The notes under the pieces were generated by a model. The model saw only the letters and a program-made list of their open reading frames with translations. It made no database searches and was not told the origin of the DNA. From the NCBI GenBank assembly GCA_944393715.1, contig CALYBB010000039.1, forward strand, positions 1 through 60,284: a DNA stretch of 60,284 bases, in the 5' to 3' direction. Made by a program: the position numbers and the translations under genes. Origin of the DNA: an uncultured Alphaproteobacteria bacterium. Its GTDB lineage: Bacteria > Pseudomonadota > Alphaproteobacteria > RF32 > CAG-239. Shown here piece by piece: positions 25,573 to 34,353 of the stretch. Numbering within the stretch: the first letter of the stretch is position 1; each line of letters begins with the position of its first letter.

Positions 25573-26937
25573 ATGAAAATTCGGTCGGCTAAAAAAATTT
25601 TTGCAGCGGTCTTAATGGCGGCGCTTTTTTGCAGTCAGCCTGCAGACAGCCTGAATATTGCCAAATCAGACTATAGTAAGACCGGCGAAAAATTTTCCGA
25701 CTGGGCAAAAAAACAACAAGAAAATTTTCAGTCGACCATGGAACAAATCAGCGAATCTCAGTTTGCCACTTTTATCGGTGATGGTATCAAATCGGCAAAA
25801 GAAGGAATAAAATTCGCCAAAGATACATATCAGGGAGCTCTGGATACTTACAACAGCGTCAAAGAGGCCACCGTTGGCTCAAAAGAATATAAAATTGCCA
25901 TGCTTTCTAAGCAGATAGCCGAAGAGAGCAAAACTCTCGCAGATCTACAAAAAGAAAAAGAAAGCAAACTTGCCGATATAAAAGCAGATAAAGAGCTTGA
26001 GCGCAAAACTTTGGAAGAAAAAATGACGCAGGCTCAGCAAAATTTTCAAGTCGGCACCGCAATTTACCAAAATGAGCTGGATGCTAAAGCAACCGATGGC
26101 CAAGATGATGCTTTGCAGCAGGAAGTTGAGGATTTCAAAGCAAACAACAATGCAGAATTGGCATCAATGGAGCAAGAAATTCAGCAGCTGACAATAACGG
26201 CAGAAGAAGAAAGCAAGGCGGTGGAGGATGAGTTCTCCGGCAAAATTATTGAGCAGGCTCAAAAAATTTCCAGTTTAACGCAGGAACTTAATGATTTAAT
26301 CGGCCTAAACAAAGCAAAAGATGATGCCCCAGTTGATCCGGAACAGGAAATCAAGCAGGCAATGGACGACTTATCTTTCAAAGAAAATGCAGCCATTTCC
26401 TTAAAAGACCGCGTTGACAAAGCAAAAAGCCGCCAGTCCGTTACATCAGAAGCCGTGCAGAATGCATCATCGTCCGCTATTGAGCAAATAGCCTCGATTG
26501 AAGATATCCAAAATGAGCAAGAAAACATTTCAGACACTTCCGAAACACTCAACGGCAAATCAGAGAGTATACAAATTGCTATTCAAAATACAATTACGCA
26601 AATGGAAACCCTGCAAGCATATTTAATCATGGAACTCAAGGCATTGGAAGCCGAAACCGTGTTGATTTTGGCAACCAGTGATTTTCGCACCGGCGAACCC
26701 AAAACAATGATTGATATTTGTGATTACGAGGATGAGGAAAAAGGCGGTTTATCTTTAACAGATATGGTTACAAAAGGCAAAGAGACAATCGGCAATGTTA
26801 AAGATAAAGTCAACAACATCAGCGAAAAATATCAAGAAGCCAAAGAAATGGGTGAGCAAATCGGCGAGGCCGGAAAAGCCTTAAAAGAAGCCGGCGGCAA
26901 TGTCGGCGATGTGGTGGGCATGATGGGTATTATGTAG
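25573..26937 (+). CDS. Secreted coiled-coil protein, unknown function
   Basis: The signal peptide is AAVLMAALFCSQPADS. The E/K/Q-rich helical sequence has no TM segments. The C-terminus is Gly-rich (GEAGKALKEAGGNVGDVVGMMGIM). Confidence 0.6.
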   Translation: MKIRSAKKIFAAVLMAALFCSQPADSLNIAKSDYSKTGEKFSDWAKKQQENFQSTMEQISESQFATFIGDGIKSAKEGIKFAKDTYQGALDTYNSVKEATVGSKEYKIAMLSKQIAEESKTLADLQKEKESKLADIKADKELERKTLEEKMTQAQQNFQVGTAIYQNELDAKATDGQDDALQQEVEDFKANNNAELASMEQEIQQLTITAEEESKAVEDEFSGKIIEQAQKISSLTQELNDLIGLNKAKDDAPVDPEQEIKQAMDDLSFKENAAISLKDRVDKAKSRQSVTSEAVQNASSSAIEQIASIEDIQNEQENISDTSETLNGKSESIQIAIQNTITQMETLQAYLIMELKALEAETVLILATSDFRTGEPKTMIDICDYEDEEKGGLSLTDMVTKGKETIGNVKDKVNNISEKYQEAKEMGEQIGEAGKALKEAGGNVGDVVGMMGIM

Positions 26938-26947
26938 GAGAAAAGCC

Positions 26948-29900
26948 ATGAAAAGATTTGTCTATAGCCCTCTGATAGTTTTTCTTCTTTTAGCAGTCAT
27001 AAGTCCGGTTTGGGCTCAGTCGCCGCTGTCTATAGCCTACCACATGCAACCGCCGAGCGTTGCTCTGGATTTTAAAGAAGAAGTAACACAAATCGGCGGC
27101 AATCTTCAAAGCACGACCAATCAATCAAAACAGATTATTATGCAGGCTAAAAGCGATATGACAAATATGCAGTCGGCCGTCACAGCAACTTTTTCAAACA
27201 TCCAAAACGGCACTTTTGTGGATACGGGCGGCGCAACAGGACAGGGACAGGAGACTTTTTGCGGCAAATCCCTAAAAAAAGCCAAAGTCAAAAAGATTGC
27301 CAAAAAAATGAAAGAAATGTTTTTGACGTACAAATCGGAAAAAAGCGAAGATATTGTTAAAAGTAACAAAATGCGCGAAAAATTTTATATCGAAAGCATT
27401 TATACAATCTTTGCTGCGACCAAAGAACTGCAAAATAAATTAAACGGCGATATAAAAACAAAAATCGAAAATGCCAAAATTTGCGCTGAAGGTGATGGCA
27501 GCGCCTGCGGTTATCCCGCAACCAATTCCGGCGGCAATAACGAAGTTTTGTTTACCTATGGAAAAACGTTACAAACGCTGGATAGCATGGTCAGACTTTG
27601 GGAAAATGTTACGGCCCTGAAAGCACGGCTAAAAGCGTTGGAAAGTATGATGAAAATGACGCCGGCAATAAGGACAAAAGCGGATCAGGCAACATCTGAG
27701 GAAGAAACAGCCTATCTGGAAACAAAACAACCGCTGCGCTTGGCGGCGACATGGCATCATACCATACCTTTGGCCTTTGCGCAGATTAGCTACAAAAATG
27801 TTTCATCTTCTCTGGCAGATATTGAAGCAGAGATATCCGGCAGCAATAGCGAAGCCATGAGTCTCGTCGGGCGGACGGTCGAGTTTGTTTCTCCTGTCGA
27901 AGCCGACAACGAACATCCGCTGGTTGAGGCGGAAGAACAGCTTGAAGCCTTGTCAAGCCTGACGGATGTAGAACAAGATGTTAATGCGGCTATGAATGTG
28001 CACAACATGCTAAACCAGCTTAAGGAATACAAAAATATAGCCGATCAGCTTGTCGGAATGCGCCAAGATTATCAGGACAGTCTACAAAGGTTGAAAGATT
28101 CCGAACAATGTGCCATAAACTTCACAAAACGTTATTTTAACGATCCGATAAAGGTTTGGTCAGGTATTCCGCTGGGAGATCATGTCTATAATCACGAATT
28201 ACGCAAAGGAATCTCGGGTTGGGCTGTAGAGGCCTACGAAACGGCAAAAGCCGCCGAAACTTCAACACTTTCTGCCTCCGATGTGACACAGGCTTCTCTT
28301 GATGCCGAAACTCAGGAAAATCTCAAAGATGATCCGGATTCACAAAAGGCCAGAACCGAATCTCAAAAAATGAAAGTATCTGTCAGTGCCAGCAAACAAG
28401 AGGAAGCGGAAGAAGAAAACCGCCGCTCGGAAATGTTGCCATGGCAAATCGGTGCCGAAGCAGCCAAACTTCTGTGGGCGGATGCGCAAGAATGGGGAAC
28501 TCCGAAAGAAAAACTCGTTTGGGAAGATGCCAAAATCTTTTATCAGCAGTACCTAAGCCGTAAATATGAAAATATCAAAACTTATCTCAAAAGCTACACC
28601 AAAGACGATGTCTTGGCTTTTGTTATTTCCAAATTGCGCGGCCAAGAAAGCGACATATCCGAGACAAAATACCAGCAAAAGCTTGAGGAAACAAGGCAAA
28701 ATGCATCAACAAAAGTATTGGCGGCAGCTTCTCAGGCTCAATATGATCCCCAAAGTCAAAACGAACTTGATTCCTTGCGTGAACAAAGAGAAGAACTGGT
28801 AACAAAAATAGACATGGTCAGCGACATAATCAATAAAAAACGCAGCGAAATTGCTGATATGCGCTCTGTGGCTGAAGAGGCGGCCGCCGAGGCTGTTGAT
28901 GCACGGGTTAACGCAGCCGTTGTTTGGCCGGCTAGCGGACAGACAACGGTGGCGGAAACGGATATCGATGATAAAATACTCGGAGCTGATAATTTGTCAG
29001 CCGCTGTTTCAGAAGCAACGGTGGCCAATGTTGATGAAGACAAGATAAAAGTTTTTGAAAAGGAAGCAGATGAAGCGGAAGTACAGCGAGAAGAATACGA
29101 AAAAAAGCTGGACGCGCTCGACAAAAAAATCGCCATGGCCAAGCAAAACGCACAGAGCAAAGCCTCGAAAACCAAACAGCAGAATATGCAAGCCGTGGCT
29201 TCGTTAAAGGAGGAATTATCAACAGCCCTTGGAAAAGATGCAGCTCAGTTTTCTTCCGATGTGCGCAAAAATTTGGAAGAAGTTTTAAAATCAACAGTTG
29301 AAACAAACCCCTTAATGACGCTTCCGACATTAATCGCCGATGCTGAGACAGCTGCACAGTCATCGCTGGATGCGCTTTATGCACAGGTAGATGCTGTTGT
29401 TGATATGCATTATAATCGCTTATTATCATTGGGGGATGACTTGTATCTGCCGTCATCTCATGAGCAGGTTGTAGAAATTCATCAGCAACTGATTGATGCC
29501 TTGCGCGCTTTAACTTTGAGCTATAATGTCGCCGGAATAATAGACATCAAAGATATTGTCATATATGCCAAGCTTTTGGATATCGATTCATCGCCGGAGA
29601 CAGAAGGCTTTTTTGTCGGTATCACGGCCAAAGAACGCGACCTGAAAGCCCCGTTTGCCATTCCCGATTTTAGCCTGCCGCCGGTTCGTGAAATATTTCA
29701 TTTTGATGCGACGGACTATGCCAACATTAAACCTTATGTCGAAGGACAGGAAGATAACAGAGCCCTGACAGCGGCAGAATTTTTAAATTTTGGAGGTGAA
29801 ATCCCTTTAATTTGGCAATATATGCTCAAAGAAAATGCTTTTATTGAGGCACAGTTTGATCTAAACAAAGCTCTGACCTCATCTTGCGAAAGTTATCCTT

Positions 29901-30850
29901 TTCTGCGCGGTGGAATAATGCCTTGTGTGGTTAAAGATTCTTCAATTATTGTCGATGTTGATAAAGAGGGAAATTTCATCCGCAGGGAAGACGGAGAAGT
30001 CCATGCTTCGGAATTACCCGTCTGTTATCAGATGGAAATAAAGGATGGTGCTCCGCACCATAAACTGACGAATGTTGAAATTGATTTTAAACAGCCAAAC
30101 CTTCTCAAACCCGAAGGCGGACTTTTGGGAGGCTTGATAGCAGAAAACAATCAGCAGTCTGTTCCGCCGCCGATTGGCTGCCGGTCAAGCGAATTAGGGT
30201 TGTTTATTCATGCGGATGAAAACAACGGCCTGTTTTTCAATGAATGGGTCAGCAAAACTTATAATCGATTGGAGAAAGAGAGCGATCAGGATCTCAAAGA
30301 TATGAGCCGGCAAGAAAAAAATGAAATTGCCGCTGCAAACTACGCTTCTTTTTCGCGCAATCAAATAGGTGATTTTCTTAAACACGCCGAAAACGAAAAA
30401 TTGCAGCGCGAGAATTTGGAAAATTATGAACAAAAATATGATGAGCAAATGGATGCACTCAAAGAACAACTGTCGGCTTTTGGTTTTTCTCCGTCAGATG
30501 ATTTTGATTTGATCAATGATGAAGATTATAATCTCGCGGTAAAAAAACTTAATGAAATTAAGACTCAAAGTCTTTCCAGCGCCGAAACCGCTTTAGGGCA
30601 GATTGATCGTGCCGATAACGCGCCGGTTCAGGAAAAAGCAGAAATCTTTGATAAATTGATTAATCTTATGCGCAAAGATGTCAAAGCTGTCTTGAAAGTT
30701 TCCGTAACGAGTGCCGACAGCAACAACTTGGAAGCAGATCTTAAAAAAGCAGAAGCCGATGAAGATCTTGTAGATAAGTATAAAAACAGTTTAAATGATC
30801 AGGCCAAAGATTATAATAACATTGAAGATCCCTACTGCGCCAACTATTAA
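26948..30850 (+). CDS. Large (1300 aa) secreted protein, unknown function
   Basis: AGGAG serves as RBS. The signal peptide is LLLAVISPVWA|QSP. Helical and coiled-coil regions alternate with Cys-containing globular stretches. No enzymatic motif is recognisable. Confidence 0.6.
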   Translation: MKRFVYSPLIVFLLLAVISPVWAQSPLSIAYHMQPPSVALDFKEEVTQIGGNLQSTTNQSKQIIMQAKSDMTNMQSAVTATFSNIQNGTFVDTGGATGQGQETFCGKSLKKAKVKKIAKKMKEMFLTYKSEKSEDIVKSNKMREKFYIESIYTIFAATKELQNKLNGDIKTKIENAKICAEGDGSACGYPATNSGGNNEVLFTYGKTLQTLDSMVRLWENVTALKARLKALESMMKMTPAIRTKADQATSEEETAYLETKQPLRLAATWHHTIPLAFAQISYKNVSSSLADIEAEISGSNSEAMSLVGRTVEFVSPVEADNEHPLVEAEEQLEALSSLTDVEQDVNAAMNVHNMLNQLKEYKNIADQLVGMRQDYQDSLQRLKDSEQCAINFTKRYFNDPIKVWSGIPLGDHVYNHELRKGISGWAVEAYETAKAAETSTLSASDVTQASLDAETQENLKDDPDSQKARTESQKMKVSVSASKQEEAEEENRRSEMLPWQIGAEAAKLLWADAQEWGTPKEKLVWEDAKIFYQQYLSRKYENIKTYLKSYTKDDVLAFVISKLRGQESDISETKYQQKLEETRQNASTKVLAAASQAQYDPQSQNELDSLREQREELVTKIDMVSDIINKKRSEIADMRSVAEEAAAEAVDARVNAAVVWPASGQTTVAETDIDDKILGADNLSAAVSEATVANVDEDKIKVFEKEADEAEVQREEYEKKLDALDKKIAMAKQNAQSKASKTKQQNMQAVASLKEELSTALGKDAAQFSSDVRKNLEEVLKSTVETNPLMTLPTLIADAETAAQSSLDALYAQVDAVVDMHYNRLLSLGDDLYLPSSHEQVVEIHQQLIDALRALTLSYNVAGIIDIKDIVIYAKLLDIDSSPETEGFFVGITAKERDLKAPFAIPDFSLPPVREIFHFDATDYANIKPYVEGQEDNRALTAAEFLNFGGEIPLIWQYMLKENAFIEAQFDLNKALTSSCESYPFLRGGIMPCVVKDSSIIVDVDKEGNFIRREDGEVHASELPVCYQMEIKDGAPHHKLTNVEIDFKQPNLLKPEGGLLGGLIAENNQQSVPPPIGCRSSELGLFIHADENNGLFFNEWVSKTYNRLEKESDQDLKDMSRQEKNEIAAANYASFSRNQIGDFLKHAENEKLQRENLENYEQKYDEQMDALKEQLSAFGFSPSDDFDLINDEDYNLAVKKLNEIKTQSLSSAETALGQIDRADNAPVQEKAEIFDKLINLMRKDVKAVLKVSVTSADSNNLEADLKKAEADEDLVDKYKNSLNDQAKDYNNIEDPYCANY

Positions 30851-30868
30851 CTAATCTGGGAAAAGAGG

Positions 30869-31624
30869 ATGGATTCTAAACAAATCAAGGGCGGAACACA
30901 GACCTTGGCTCTGGAAGGCGGCGAGAAAGAGCCTCATTATCTTGAGCATTTGGAAGAAAAGCACAGCTCCCTGCGCCAAACATATTACCTGTGGGTTTCC
31001 AGATTTTTTATTCTGACGGCGGCAGTATCAATGGGCTTTATGGTTTTGGCGTCGTTATCATTATTTCGTTTGGCGCCAATGGTAACGGTAGAGCCTTTCT
31101 TGCTGATAAATCAAAGCGATTCTGAAAACATCGTCCGCAGTGAAGCAATTGCGCAAGATATGGCGTCCAAAGACAAGTTGCTTGAAATGTTTATCCGCCA
31201 ATATGTTATTATCCGCAACACCATTATCAATGATCCTGTTGAAATGCGCAGCCGGTGGATGTCCGGCGGAATGCTCAATTATCTGTCCTCGCCTGATGTT
31301 TATAACGAGTTTGGCGCGGCAACCAAAAAGATCTGGGAAAGCATATTTAAACAAACTCTGGTTAGAGAAGTCGAAATTATATCTGTCAGTCGTCAGGGAG
31401 GCAGCCGTTCGGCCGTGTGGAAAGTCGACTTCAAGACATACGACCTATATAATGAGCAGGGACAAACGCAGCAACAGCAAGAAACGACGTTGCGGGTACG
31501 TTATTGGACAGCATCGGTTACCGCCTACTTTATTCCGGAGAGATCGTTCGTTGTGGCTCGTCTGCTCAATCCGTTGGGGTTTACGGTAACCAGATATTCA
31601 CAAACGGAAGTGGAAATATTCTAA
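30869..31624 (+). CDS. virB8: VirB8-like T4SS protein (copy a)
   Basis: The single N-proximal TM is FFILTAAVSMGFMVLASLSLF, followed by VEPFLLI. The periplasmic domain carries FIRQYVIIRNT, RYWTASVTAYF and the hallmark NPLGFTVTRYS. Confidence 0.85.
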   Translation: MDSKQIKGGTQTLALEGGEKEPHYLEHLEEKHSSLRQTYYLWVSRFFILTAAVSMGFMVLASLSLFRLAPMVTVEPFLLINQSDSENIVRSEAIAQDMASKDKLLEMFIRQYVIIRNTIINDPVEMRSRWMSGGMLNYLSSPDVYNEFGAATKKIWESIFKQTLVREVEIISVSRQGGSRSAVWKVDFKTYDLYNEQGQTQQQQETTLRVRYWTASVTAYFIPERSFVVARLLNPLGFTVTRYSQTEVEIF

Positions 31625-31727
31625 TTTGTTGATAAGTATATTTAAGCTGTTAGACATTTAAAATAAAACAGTATACTTTCATAATATCCGTAGTCTTAAG
31701 CATAACCCGCGAAGGAGGGTTGTTTTC

Positions 31728-31916
31728 ATGAAAATAAAATTTAAGTTATTGGCGTTGTTTCTTTTGGTGGCCTTGTCCGGATGCTATGGCTCGTACTATG
31801 AGCCTGAGCCGGTCGGCATCGGCACCGGCAGCGACGAATTAAAATTGTCTCCGTGTGCCTGTATGGAAATAGAGCTCCCGAAGACTCTGCCCGATTGGTT
31901 CGTCGCAACAATTTAA
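31728..31916 (+). CDS. VirB7-like small lipoprotein
   Basis: The 62-aa protein has lipobox LVALSGC|Y and GAAGGAGGG as RBS. A Cys-rich motif (SPCAC) is present. It lies between two virB8 genes, the position of rvhB7 in Rickettsiales. Confidence 0.6.
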   Translation: MKIKFKLLALFLLVALSGCYGSYYEPEPVGIGTGSDELKLSPCACMEIELPKTLPDWFVATI

Positions 31917-31937
31917 TAGATAACGAGGAAGGCTGAT

Positions 31938-32672
31938 ATGGTGGAAGAAATTGGGCAAAACCGTCCGCAGTCCAGACTTCTTGAAGGGCGCCGTCCGGTT
32001 CGTCGACCAGCAGGTCGGAGCGGGCAGGATGAGGTTTTTGTTGCCAATATTGCCGAAAAACGCTATTTGTGGACAGCGCGGGCTTTTGCTGTCATCACGG
32101 CTTTCAGCCTGTGTTGTAATATTGTTTTGATTCTGGCCATCTTTCAGGTCGTTCCGCTCTATCGGGTCGAACCTTTTTTGCTGACTTTTCAAAATCGTTC
32201 GGAGCAAGTTTATAACATTCAACCGATAACGACTGAATTGCGCAACCGCAAAGCAATAACAGAGGTTTTTGTTCGCGAATATGTTTTGCTGAGAAGTGCA
32301 TTCAGTTCAGACGTTGCGGAAGCTGAAGCGCGGTGGATGCCTGGCGGTCCGATCCAAGAGATGTCTGATAATAGGGTCTATCAGGATTTTTTGGATAACG
32401 TTGCTCAAAGAGCAATCAGCATTATTAAAAACAGAGGAATGGAGCGCGAGGTCAAAATTTTGTCTGTTAATGAGTTGACCGATGGAGTTTGGCAGGTGGA
32501 ATACGAGACCCGAGACATGTATCCCGACTCGGCTCAGCCGGAAATCGGTTATTGGACGGCCTCTCTTAACATCGGTTACCGCCGAAAGACGGTTAAATAT
32601 GGTGACAGATTAAAAAATCCTGTCGGTTTTACGGTTTATCGATATGCGCTGAGCCGCAACAGAGTGGAGTAG
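31938..32672 (+). CDS. virB8: VirB8-like T4SS protein (copy b)
   Basis: The TM is FAVITAFSLCCNIVLILAIF, followed by VEPFLLTF. The periplasmic domain carries FVREYVLLRSAF, GYWTASLNIGY and NPVGFTVYRYA. It is clearly paralogous to copy a. Confidence 0.85.
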   Translation: MVEEIGQNRPQSRLLEGRRPVRRPAGRSGQDEVFVANIAEKRYLWTARAFAVITAFSLCCNIVLILAIFQVVPLYRVEPFLLTFQNRSEQVYNIQPITTELRNRKAITEVFVREYVLLRSAFSSDVAEAEARWMPGGPIQEMSDNRVYQDFLDNVAQRAISIIKNRGMEREVKILSVNELTDGVWQVEYETRDMYPDSAQPEIGYWTASLNIGYRRKTVKYGDRLKNPVGFTVYRYALSRNRVE

Positions 32673-32679
32673 TTGTAAC

Positions 32680-34344
32680 GTGAAAAAAATGATAAAAAAC
32701 AATATAATTTGTTTTTTGGGGGCTTTATGGATAATACTGCCGTCTGGCGCAGCAGCGCAGGTTGATCAACAAATGATGGATGCCAGCGCTGAGCAGGCTC
32801 AGGGAAACTATACGCCTATGAATTTGGGCTATGCCGGTTTCAACTCTTTGGGAATGACTCAGGCGGCATGGCTTGATCCTCTTCAAAATCTGGGTGAAGG
32901 GCAAAGCCGTCCGGCATATTCAAAATATTATTGGACGCCGGATCTTGTTCTGCCGATCCGTGTTCGCGAAGGTATGATAACCATGGTTAACTTTCCGTCA
33001 TGGGAAATGATTGAAGATATTTTCATTGGCGATAGCGCGACATTTGATGGACAAATTGCAGGCCCAAGTACATTACTCTTATATCCAAGGAAAGGCGCTA
33101 ATATCGGTGTTGATACAAACATTATCGTTTTTGGCCGTTCAGGTAATCGATATGTTTTTTATGTAAAATCCGAAGCGGTCAATACCGAAAGACTCACCAA
33201 TGCAATTATTGACATTGATGTCGTAGACAGCTATGCGCCGGATAATTCGACGGGTGGGACGCCCTTTGCAGGCGGAGGCATTGGCGGCTCGTCGGGCGGC
33301 AAATCTGTTGATGCAACTTATACGAGGCGTTTTCAAAAATCTGATTGGTTAAAGTCAATTCCGGTAGATCCGAGCGATTTTAAATTCGATCTAGAAGTTT
33401 ACGTCCCCAATCCGGACGATGTTGTAATTGCTCCTGAAAGAGTCTGGCGGGATAACATATTCACATATATTGATCTTGGTAAAAAAGCCTTAAATATGAC
33501 CCAGCGCCCTGTCGTCAGCATGATCGTCGAAAGGGTTGAAGTCCCTGTCGGCTTCCGCACAAAAGGTCCGGACAATCGCCTAATTATTGTTGAAGGCGTC
33601 GGCGACATGGTTTTGCGCAACGGCAAAAGAATTATCTGCATTAAAATGCGTCGTTCTGATGAGAGCGGGTTGGAGTTTGCCATCGATTCCCGAGACTATC
33701 TGCCGCCCACATGGGAAGTTGGCCCGCAAATACCTGGCCAGTCAAACGGAACTTCCGGCGCAGCCGGAGCAATGCCGGCTGTCGGTAATGTTTCGGGGAT
33801 ATCCGGAATGATGCCGAATGGAACCGCCGGCATGACGCAGGGAGTATCGATTCCTGCGGGTGGATCAAATGCCGCTGTTTCCGGACAACTGGATATTCAA
33901 GCGGGGCAAAGCCAGATAATTGTTCCCGAATATGCCGAAAACGGAGGAGACTATCGTCGCGGCGGTAATATCGCAGACAGTTTTGATTATTCTAAGATGC
34001 AGCGCATCAGCAATTCCGGCAATATTCCTCCGGCCGGCATGATGCCGCAATACGCCTATGGTGCAGGATTTAAGGGGGCTGATTCCTCAAATATCTCCAT
34101 TGAACTAGGAGCGGACGGAGATGTCTCAAAATTGGAAGAATTATGGAGCCGTTTATCATCCAAGTATGATGATGAACTCAGAGGAATGGCGCCGTTTTTC
34201 TCTGTGGATGCGCCGGCAGACGGCCAGGGTAAAGAATTGTTTCACCTGAGGGTCGGTCCCATAGAAAATCTTGAAACGGGAGACCGGATCTGCGGGGAGT
34301 TAGGGCGCAACGGTGTATTCTGCAGCGTGGTGAGGACGCAGTAA
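32680..34344 (+). CDS. virB9: VirB9/TrbG/CagX-like outer-membrane core protein with C-terminal SPOR-like domain
   Basis: A signal peptide is present. The VirB9 N-domain is LPIRVREGMITMVNFPSWEMIEDIFIGDSATF...TNIIVFGRSGNRYVFYVKSE. The VirB9 C-domain is FTYIDLGKKALNMTQRPVVSMIVERVEVPVGFRTKGPDNRLIIVEGVGDMVLRNGKRIICIKM. A Gly/Ala/Met-rich linker follows. The terminal ~85 aa (nt ~34084-34341), ISIELGADGDVSKLEELWSRL...FHLRVGPIENLETGDRICGELGRNGVFCSVV, fit the SPOR pattern. Confidence 0.8.
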   Translation: MKKMIKNNIICFLGALWIILPSGAAAQVDQQMMDASAEQAQGNYTPMNLGYAGFNSLGMTQAAWLDPLQNLGEGQSRPAYSKYYWTPDLVLPIRVREGMITMVNFPSWEMIEDIFIGDSATFDGQIAGPSTLLLYPRKGANIGVDTNIIVFGRSGNRYVFYVKSEAVNTERLTNAIIDIDVVDSYAPDNSTGGTPFAGGGIGGSSGGKSVDATYTRRFQKSDWLKSIPVDPSDFKFDLEVYVPNPDDVVIAPERVWRDNIFTYIDLGKKALNMTQRPVVSMIVERVEVPVGFRTKGPDNRLIIVEGVGDMVLRNGKRIICIKMRRSDESGLEFAIDSRDYLPPTWEVGPQIPGQSNGTSGAAGAMPAVGNVSGISGMMPNGTAGMTQGVSIPAGGSNAAVSGQLDIQAGQSQIIVPEYAENGGDYRRGGNIADSFDYSKMQRISNSGNIPPAGMMPQYAYGAGFKGADSSNISIELGADGDVSKLEELWSRLSSKYDDELRGMAPFFSVDAPADGQGKELFHLRVGPIENLETGDRICGELGRNGVFCSVVRTQ

Positions 34345-34353
34345 GCAAGTAAA

